This document shows, one piece after another, positions 52,561-62,799 of a stretch of DNA of 64,000 nt. Within the stretch, counting starts at the first letter, position 1; each line of letters starts with the position of its first letter. This DNA is from Eledone cirrhosa (taxonomy: Eukaryota). The position numbers were made by a program, and so were the translations under genes. The notes beneath the pieces are model-generated. The model was given only the letters and a program-made list of their open reading frames with translations. It searched no databases and was not told the origin of the DNA. Location of the stretch: contig OZ024741.1 in the NCBI GenBank assembly GCA_964016885.1, forward strand, positions 210,552,001-210,616,000, in the 5' to 3' direction.

Positions 52561-55500
52561 CTCAGCCACAGTCCACTGTCTCAGCCTCAGTCCACTGTCT
52601 CAGCCACAGTCCACCTATCTCAGCGACAGTCCACTGTCTCAGCATCAGTCCACCTATCTCAGCCACAGTCCACTGTCTCAGCCACAGTCCACTGTCTCAG
52701 CCACAGTCCACCTATCTCAGCCACAGTCCACTGTCTCAGCCTCAGTCCACTGTCTCAGTCTCAGTCCACTGTCTCAGCCTCAGTCCACCTATCTCAGCCA
52801 CAGTCCACTGTCTCAGCCTCAGTCCACTGTCTCAGCCACAGTCCACCTATCTCAGCCACAGTCCACTGTCTCAGCCACAGTCCACTGTCTCAGTCTCAGT
52901 CCACCTATCTCAGCCACAGTCCACTGTCTCAGCCACAGTCCACTGTCTCAGCCTCAGTCCACTGTCTCAGCCTCAGTCCACCTATCTCAACCACAGTCCA
53001 CTGTCTCAGCCACAGTCCACCTATCTCAGCCACAGTCCACTGTCTCAGCCTCAGTCCACTGTCTCAGCCACAGTCCACCTATCTCAGCCACAGTCCACTG
53101 TCTCAGCCACAGTCCACTGTCTCAGTCTCAGTCCACCTATCTCAGCCACAGTCCACTGTCTCAGCCACAGTCCACCTATCTCAGCCACAGTCCACCTATC
53201 TCAGCCACAGTCCACTGTCTCAGCCACAGTCCACCTATCTCAGTCTCAGTCCACTGTCTCAGCCACAGTCCACTGTCTCAGTCTCAGTCCACCTATCTCA
53301 GCCACAGTCCACTGTCTCAGCCACAGTCCACCTATCTCAGCCACAGTCCACTGTCTCAGCCACAGTCCACCTATCTCAGTCTCAGTCCACTGTCTCAGCC
53401 ACAGTCCACTGTCTCAGCCACAGTCCACCTATCTCAGCCACAGTCCACCTATCTCAGCCACAGTCCACCTATCTCACCCTCAGTCCACTGTCTCAGCCAC
53501 AGTCCACCTATCTCAGCCTCAGTCCACTGTCTCAGCCTCAGTCCACTGTCTCAGCCTCAGTCCACCTATCTCAGCCTCAGTCCACTGTTTCAGCCTCAGT
53601 CCACTGTCTCAGCCTCAGTCCACCTATCTCAGCCACAGTCCACTGTCTCACCATCAGTCCACCGTCTCAGCCACAATCCACTGTCTCAGCCACAGTCCAC
53701 TGTCTCAGCCACAGTCCACTGTCTCAGCCACAGTCCACTGTCTCAGCCTCAGTTCACCTATCTCAACCACAGTCCACTGTCTCAGCCTCAGTTCACCTAT
53801 CTCAACCACAGTCCACTGTCTCAGCCTCAGTCCACTGTCTCAGCCTCAGTTCACCTATCTCAACCACAGTCCACTGTCTCAGCCTCAGTCCACTGTCTCA
53901 GCCACAGTCCACTGTCTCAGCCACAGTCCACTGTCTCAGCCTCAGTCCACTGTCTCAGCCACAGTCCACTGTCTCACTCTCAGTCCACTATCTCAGCCTC
54001 AGTCCACCTATCTCAGCCACAGTCCACTGTCTCAACCACAGTCCACTGTCTCAGCCTCAGTTCACCTATCTCAACCACAGTCCACTGTCTCAGCCTCAGT
54101 CCACTGTCTCAGCCACAGTCCACTGTCTCAGCCTCAGTCCACTGTCTCAGCCACAGTCCACCTATCTCAGCCACAGTCCACTGTCTCAGCCACAGTCCAC
54201 CTATCTCAGCCACAGTCCACTGTCTCAGCCACAGTCCACCTATCTCAACCACAGTCCACTGTCTCAGCCTCAGTTCACCTATCTCAGCCACAGTCCACTG
54301 TCTCAGCCTCAGTCCACTGTCTCAGCCACAGTCCACCTATCTCAGCCACAGTCCACTGTCTCAGCCACAGTCCACCTATCTCAGCCACAGTCCACCTATC
54401 TCAGCCACAGTCCACTGTCTCACCCTCAGTCCACCGTCTCAGCCACAGTCCACTGTCTCAGCCACATTCCACTGTCTCAGCCACAGTCCACTGTCTCAGC
54501 CACAGTCCACTGTCTCAGCCTCAGTTCACCTATCTCAACCACAGTCCACTGTCTCAGCCTCAGTTCACCTATCTCAACCACAGTCCACTGTCTCAGCCTC
54601 AGTCCACTGTCTCAGCCTCAGTTCACCTATCTCAACCACAGTCCACTGTCTCAGCCTCAGTCCACTGTCTCAGCCTCAGTCCACTGTCTCAGCCACAGTC
54701 CACTGTCTCAGCCTCAGTCCACTGTCTCAGCCACAGTCCACCTATCTCAGCCACAGTCCACTGTCTCAGCCACAGTCCACCTATCTCAGCCACAGTCCAC
54801 TGTCTCAGCCACAGTCCACCTATCTCAACCACAGTCCACTGTCTCAGCCTCAGTTCACCTATCTCAGCCACAGTCCACTGTCTCAGCCTCAGTCCACTGT
54901 CTCAGCCACAGTCCACCTATCTCAGCCACAGTCCACTGTCTCAGCCACAGTCCACCTATCTCAGCCACAGTCCACCTATCTCAGCCACAGTCCACTGTCT
55001 CAGCCACAGTCCACCTATCTCAGCCACAGTCCACCTATCTCAGCCACAGTCCACTGTCTCAGCCACAGTCCACCTACCTCAGTCTCAGTCCACTGTCTCA
55101 GCCACAGTCCACTGTCTCAGTCTCAGTCCACCTATCTCAGTCTCAGTCCACTGTCACAGCCACAGTCCACTGTCTCAGTCTCAGTCCACCTATCTCAGTC
55201 TCAGTCCACTGTCTCAGCCACAGTCCACCTATCTCAGCCACAGTCCACTGTCTCAGTCTCAGTCCACCTATCTCAGTCTCAGTCCACTGTCTCAGCCACA
55301 GTCCACTGTCTCAGTCTCAGTCCACCTATCTCAGCCACAGTCCACTGTCTCAGCCTCAGTCCACTGTCTCAGCCACAGTCCACTGTCTCAGCCTCAGTCC
55401 ACTGTCTCAGCCTCAGTCCACCTATCTCAACCACAGTCCACTGTCTCAGCCTCAGTTCACCTATCTCAGCCACAGTCCACTGTCTCAGCCTCAGTCCACT

Positions 55501-58500
55501 GTCTCAGCCACAGTCCACTGTCTCAGCCTCAGTCCACTGTCCCAGCCTCAGTCCACCTATCTCAACCACAGTCCACTGTCTCAGCCACAGTCCACCTATC
55601 TCAGCCACAGTCCACTGTCTCAGCCTTAGTCCACTGTCTCAGCCACAGTCCACCTATCTCAGCCACAGTCCACTGTCTCAGCCACAGTCCACTGTCTCAG
55701 TCTCAGTCCACCTATCTCAGCCACAGTCCACTGTCTCAGCCACAGTCCACCTATCTCAGCCACAGTCCGCCTATCTCAGCCACAGTCCACTGTCTCAGCC
55801 ACAGTCCACCTATCTCAGTCTCAGTCCACTGTCTCAGCCACAGTCCACTGTCTCAGTCTCAGTCCACCTATCTCAGCCACAGTCCACTGTCTCAGCCACA
55901 GTCCACCTATCTCAGCCACAGTCCACTGTCTCAGCCACAGTCCACCTATCTCAGTCTCAGTCCACTGTCTCAGCCACAGTCCACTGTCTCAGCCACAGTC
56001 CACCTATCTCAGCCACAGTCCACCTATCTCAGCCACAGTCCACCTATCTCACCCTCAGTCCACTGTCTCAGCCACAGTCCACCTATCTCAGCCTCAGTCC
56101 ACTGTCTCAGCCTCAGTCCACTGTCTCAGCCTCAGTCCACCTATCTCAGCCTCAGTCCACTGTTTCAGCCTCAGTCCACTGTCTCAGCCTCAGTCCACCT
56201 ATCTCAGCCACAGTCCACTGTCTCACCATCAGTCCACCGTCTCAGCCACAGTCCACTGTCTCAGCCACAGTCCACTGTCTCAACCACAGTCCACTGTCTC
56301 AGCCACAGTCCACTGTCTCAGCCTCAGTTCACCTATCTCAACCACAGTCCACTGTCTCAGCCTCAGTTCACCTATCTCAACCACAGTCCACTGTCTCAGC
56401 CTCAGTCCACTGTCTCAGCCTCAGTTCACCTATCTCAACCACAGTCCACTGTCTCAGCCTCAGTCCACTGTCTCAGCCACAATCCACTGTCTCAGCCACA
56501 GTCCACTGTCTCAGCCTCAGTCCACTGTCTCAGCCACAGTCCACTGTCTCAGTCTCAGTCCACTATCTCAGCCTCAGTCCACCTATCTCAGCCACAGTCC
56601 ACTGTCTCAACCACAGTCCACTGTCTCAGCCTTAGTTCACCTATCTCAACCACAGTCCACTGTCTCAGCCTCAGTCCACTGTCTCAGCCACAGTCCACTG
56701 TCTCAGCCTCAGTCCACTGTCTCAGCCACAGTCCACCTATCTCAGCCACAGTCCACTGTCTCAGCCACAGTCCACCTATCTCAGCCACAGTCCACTGTCT
56801 CAGCCACAGTCCACCTATCTCAACCACAGTCCACTGTCTCAGCCTCAGTTCACCTATCTCAGCCACAGTCCACTGTCTCAGCCTCAGTCCACTGTCTCAG
56901 CCACAGTCCACCTATCTCAGCCACAGTCCACTGTCTCAGCCACAGTCCACCTATCTCAGCCACAGTCCACCTATCTCAGCCACAGTCCACTGTCTCAGCC
57001 ACAGTCCACCTATCTCAGCCACAGTCCACCTATCTCAGCCACAGTCCACTGTCTCAGCCACAGTCCACCTATCTCAGTCTCAGTCCACTGTCTCAGCCAC
57101 AGTCCACTGTCTCAGTCTCAGTCCACTGTCTCAGCCACAGTCCACCTATCTCAGCCACAGTCCACTGTCTCAGTCTCAGGCCACCTATCTCAGCCTCAGT
57201 CCACTGTCTCAGCCACAGTCCACTGTCTCAGCCTCAGTCCACTGTCTCAGCCTCAGTCCACCTATCTCAACCACAGTCCACTGTCTCAGCCTCAGTCCAC
57301 TGTCTCAGCCACAGTCCACTGTCTAAGCCTCAGTCCACTGTCTCAGCCACAGTCCACCTATCTCAGCCACAGTCCACTGTCTCAGCCACAGTCCACCTAT
57401 CTCAGCCACAGTCCACTGTCTCAGCCACAGTCCACCTATCTCAACCACAGTCCACTGTCTCAGCCTCAGTTCACCTATCTCAGCCACAGTCCACTGTCTC
57501 AGCCTCAGTCCACTGTCTCAGCCACAGTCCACCTATCTCAGCCACAGTCCACCTATCTCAACCACAGTCCACTGTCTCAGCCACAGTCCACCTATCTCAG
57601 CCACAGTCCACCTATCTCAGCCACAGTCCACCTATCTCAGCCACAGTCCACCTATCTCAGCCACAGTCCACTGTCTCAGCCACAGTCCACCTATCTCAGC
57701 CACAGTCCACCTATCTCAGCCACAGTCCACTGTCTCAGCCACAGTCCACCTATCTCAACCACAGTCCACTGTCTCAGCCTCAGTCCACTGTCTCAGCCAC
57801 AGTCCACCTATCTCAGCCACAGTCCACTGTCTCAGCCTCAGTCCACCTACCTCAGCCTCAGTCCACTGTCTCAGCCTCAGTCCACTGTCTCAGCCACAGT
57901 CCACCTATCTCAGCCACAGTCCACTGTCTCAGCCACAGTCCACCTATCTCAACCACAGTCCACTGTCTCAGCCTCAGTCCACTGTCTCAGCCTCAGTTCA
58001 CCTATCTCAACCACAGTCCACTGTCTCAGCCTCAGTCCACTGTCTCAGCCACAGTCCACTGTCTCAGCCTCAGTCCACTGTCTCAGACACAGTCCACCTA
58101 TCTCAGCCACAGTCCACTGTCTCAGCCTCAGTCCACCTATCTCAGCCACAGTCCACTGTCTCAGCCACAGTCCACTGTCTCAGCCACAGTCCACTGTCTC
58201 AGCCTCAGTCCACTGTCTCAGCCACAGTCCACCTATCTCAGCGACAGTCCACTGTCTCAGCATCAGTCCACCTATCTCAGCCACAGTCCACTGTCTCAGC
58301 CACAGTCCACTGTCTCAGCCACAGTCCACCTATCTCAGCCACAGTCCACTGTCTCAGCCTCAGTCCACTGTCTCAGTCTCAGTCCACTGTCTCAGCCTCA
58401 GTCCACCTATCTCAGCCACAGTCCACTGTCTCAGCCTCAGTCCACTGTCTCAGCCACAGTCCACCTATCTCAGCCACAGTCCACTGTCTCAGCCACAGTC

Positions 58501-61500
58501 CACTGTCTCAGTCTCAGTCCACCTATCTCAGCCACAGTCCACTGTCTCAGCCACAGTCCACTGTCTCAGCCTCAGTCCACTGTCTCAGCCTCAGTCCACC
58601 TATCTCAACCACAGTCCACTGTCTCAGCCACAGTCCACCTATCTCAGCCACAGTCCACTGTCTCAGCCTCAGTCCACTGTCTCAGCCACAGTCCACCTAT
58701 CTCAGCCACAGTCCACTGTCTCAGCCACAGTCCACTGTCTCAGTCTCAGTCCACCTATCTCAGCCACAGTCCACTGTCTCAGCCACAGTCCACCTATCTC
58801 AGCCACAGTCCACCTATCTCAGCCACAGTCCACTGTCTCAGCCACAGTCCACCTATCTCAGTCTCAGTCCACTGTCTCAGCCACAGTCCACTGTCTCAGT
58901 CTCAGTCCACCTATCTCAGCCACAGTCCACTGTCTCAGCCACAGTCCACCTATCTCAGCCACAGTCCACTGTCTCAGCCACAGTCCACCTATCTCAGTCT
59001 CAGTCCACTGTCTCAGCCACAGTCCACTGTCTCAGCCACAGTCCACCTATCTCAGCCACAGTCCACCTATCTCAGCCACAGTCCACCTATCTCACCCTCA
59101 GTCCACTGTCTCAGCCACAGTCCACCTATCTCAGCCTCAGTCCACTGTCTCAGCCTCAGTCCACTGTCTCAGCCTCAGTCCACCTATCTCAGCCTCAGTC
59201 CACTGTTTCAGCCTCAGTCCACTGTCTCAGCCTCAGTCCACCTATCTCAGCCACAGTCCACTGTCTCACCATCAGTCCACCGTCTCAGCCACAGTCCACT
59301 GTCTCAGCCACAGTCCACTGTCTCAGCCACAGTCCACTGTCTCAGCCACAGTCCACTGTCTCAGCCTCAGTTCACCTATCTCAACCACAGTCCACTGTCT
59401 CAGCCTCAGTTCACCTATCTCAACCACAGTCCACTGTCTCAGCCTCAGTCCACTGTCTCAGCCTCAGTTCACCTATCTCAACCACAGTCCACTGTCTCAG
59501 CCTCAGTCCACTGTCTCAGCCACAGTCCACTGTCTCAGCCACAGTCCACTGTCTCAGCCTCAGTCCACTGTCTCAGCCACAGTCCACTGTCTCAGTCTCA
59601 GTCCACTATCTCAGCCTCAGTCCACCTATCTCAGCCACAGTCCACTGTCTCAACCACAGTCCACTGTCTCAGCCTCAGTTCACCTATCTCAACCACAGTC
59701 CACTGTCTCAGCCTCAGTCCACTGTCTCAGCCACAGTCCACTGTCTCAGCCTCAGTCCACTGTCTCAGCCACAGTCCACCTATCTCAGCCACAGTCCACT
59801 GTCTCAGCCACAGTCCACCTATCTCAGCCACAGTCCACTGTCTCAGCCACAGTCCACCTATCTCAACCACAGTCCACTGTCTCAGCCTCAGTTCACCTAT
59901 CTCAGCCACAGTCCACTGTCTCAGCCTCAGTCCACTGTCTCAGCCACAGTCCACCTATCTCAGCCACAGTCCACTGTCTCAGCCACAGTCCACCTATCTC
60001 AGCCACAGTCCACCTATCTCAGCCACAGTCCACTGTCTCAGCCACAGTCCAACTATCTCAGCCACAGTCCACCTATCTCAGCCACAGTCCACTGTCTCAG
60101 CCACAGTCCACCTATCTCAGTCTCAGTCCACTGTCTCAGCCACAGTCCACTGTCTCAGTCTCAGTCCACTGTCTCAGCCACAGTCCACCTATCTCAGCCA
60201 CAGTCCACTGTCTCAGTCTCAGTCCACCTATCTCAGTCTCAGTCCACTGTCTCAGCCACAGTCCACTGTCTCAGTCTCAGTCCACCTATCTCAGCCACAG
60301 TCCACTGTCTCAGCCTCAGTCCACTGTCTCAGCCACAGTCCACTGTCTCAGCCTCAGTCCACTGTCTCAGCCTCAGTCCACCTATCTCAACCACAGTCCA
60401 CTGTCTCAGCCTCAGTCCACTGTCTCAGCCACAGTCCACTGTCTAAGCCTCAGTCCACTGTCTCAGCCACAGTCCACCTATCTCAGCCACAGTCCACTGT
60501 CTCAGCCACAGTCCACCTATCTCAGCCACAGTCCACTGTCTCAGCCACAGTCCACCTATCTCAACCACAGTCCACTGTCTCAGCCTCAGTTCACCTATCT
60601 CAGCCACAGTCCACTGTCTCAGCCTCAGTCCACTGTCTCAGCCACAGTCCACCTATCTCAGCCACAGTCCACTGTCTCAGCCACAGTCCACCTATCTCAG
60701 CCACAGTCCACCTATCTCATCCACAGTCCACTGTCTCAGCCACAGTCCACCTATCTCAGCCACAGTCCACCTATCTCAGCCACAGTCCACTGTCTCAGCC
60801 ACAGTCCACCTATCTCAACCACAGTCCACTGTCTCAGCCTCAGTCCACTGTCTCAGCCACAGTCCACCTATCTCAGCCACAGTCCACTGTCTCAGCCTCA
60901 GTCCACCTACCTCAGCCTCAGTCCACTGTCTCAGCCTCAGTCCACTGTCTCAGCCACAGTCCACCTATCTCAGCCACAGTCCACTGTCTCAGCCACAGTC
61001 CACCTATCTCAACCACAGTCCACTGTCTCAGCCTCAGTCCACTGTCTCAGCCTCAGTTCACCTATCTCAACCACAGTCCACTGTCTCAGCCTCAGTCCAC
61101 TGTCTCAGCCACAGTCCGCTGTCTCAGCCTCAGTCCACTGTCTCAGCCACAGTCCACCTATCTCAGCCACAGTCCACTGTCTCAGCCTCAGTCCACCTAT
61201 CTCAGCCACAGTCCACTGTCTCAGCCACAGTCCACTGTCTCAGCCACAGTCCACTGTCTCAGCCTCAGTCCACTGTCTCAGCCACAGTCCACCTATCTCA
61301 GCGACAGTCCACCGTCTCAGCATCAGTCCACCTATCTCAGCCACAGTCCACTGTCTCAGCCACAGTCCACTGTCTCAGCCACAGTCCACCTATCTCAGCC
61401 ACAGTCCACTGTCTCAGCCTCAGTCCACTGTCTCAGTCTCAGTCCACTGTCTCAGCCTCAGTCCACCTATCTCAGCCACAGTCCACTGTCTCAGCCTCAG

Positions 61501-62799
61501 TCCACTGTCTCAGCCACAGTCCACCTATCTCAGCCACAGTCCACCTATCTCACCCTCAGTCCACTGTCTCAGCCACAGTCCACCTATCTCAGCCTCAGTC
61601 CACTGTCTCAGCCTCAGTCCACCGTCTCAGCCACAGTCCACTGTCTCAGCCACAGTCCACTGTCTCAGCCACAGTCCACTGTCTCAGCCACAGTCCACCT
61701 ATCTCAGCCACAGTCCACTGTCTCAGCCTCAGTTCACCTATCTCAACCACAGTCCACTGTCTCAGCCTCAGTTCACCTATCTCAACCACAGTCCACCTAT
61801 CTCAACCACAGTCCACTGTCTCAGCCTCAGTTCACCTATCTCAACCACAGTCCACCTATCTCAGCCACAGTCCACTGTCTCAGCCTCAGTCCACCGTCTC
61901 AGCCACAGTCCACTGTCTCAGCCACAGTCCACTGTCTCAGCCACAGTCCACTGTCTCAGCCACAGTCCACCTATCTCAGCCACAGTCCACTGTCTCAGCC
62001 TCAGTTCACCTATCTCAACCACAGTCCACTGTCTCAGCCTCAGTTCACCTATCTCAGCCACAGTCCACTGTCTCAGCCACAGTCCACCTATCTCAGTCTC
62101 AGTCCACTGTCTCAGCCACAGTCCACCTATCTCAGCCACAGTCCACTGTCTCAGCCTCAGTTCACCTATCTCAGCCACAGTCCACTGTCTCAGCCACAGT
62201 CCACCTATCTCAGCCACAGTCCACTGTCTCAGCCTCAGTTCACCTATCTCAACCACAGTCCACTGTCTCAGCCTCAGTTCACCTATCTCAGCCACAGTCC
62301 ACCTATCTCAGCCACAGTCCACTGTCTCAGCCTCAGTTCACCTATCTCAACCACAGTCCACCTATCTCAGTCTCAGTCCACTGTCTCAGCCACAGTCCAC
62401 CTATCTCAGCCACAGTCTACTGTCTCAGCCTCAGTTCACCTATCTCAACCACAGTCCACCTATCTCAGTCTCAGTCCACTGTCTCAGCCACAGTCCACCT
62501 ATCTCAACCACAGTCCACTGTCTCAGCCTCAGTTCACCTATCTCAGCCACAGTCCACCTATCTCAGTCTCAGTCCACTGTCTCAGCCACAGTCCACCTAT
62601 CTCAGCTACAGTCCACTGTCTCAGCCTCAGTTCACCTATCTCAACCACAGTCCACCTATCTCAGTCTCAGTCCACTGTCTCAGCCACAGTCCACTGTCTC
62701 AGCCACAGTCCACCTATCTCAGCCACAGTCCACTGTCTCAGCCTCAGTTCACCTATCTCAACCACAGTCCACCTATCTCAGTCTCAGTCCACTGTCTCA

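Larger units (their letters stand above)
48450..60300. repeat. Distal higher-order repeat with ~5.3-5.9-kb offsets (boundaries approximate)
   Basis: CCACATTCC 48521/54462 (+5941), TGTCACAG 49812/55152 (+5340), TAG of CCTTAG 51274/56633 (+5359), GTCTAAG 51961/57321 (+5360), CAGCGACAG 52621/58239 (+5618). Confidence 0.85.

Noticed and set aside
392-57326. Giant + strand ORFs (2,757-12,721 aa) as mucin-like or structural protein genes
   Set aside because: They overlap in all three frames with the same peptide words, begin at rare point-variant ATG/TTG codons inside the repeat, have no unique N- or C-terminal domain, and exist only because the consensus has no stop codon on this strand.
337-62295. 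Many 60-125-aa minus-strand ORFs (MAEIGELRLRQWTV...) as a small-protein family
   Set aside because: They coincide with stretches of strict A/B alternation (39 bp = 13 codons) that keep TGA/TAG out of frame; starts are mostly GTG within the repeat and there is no independent gene context.
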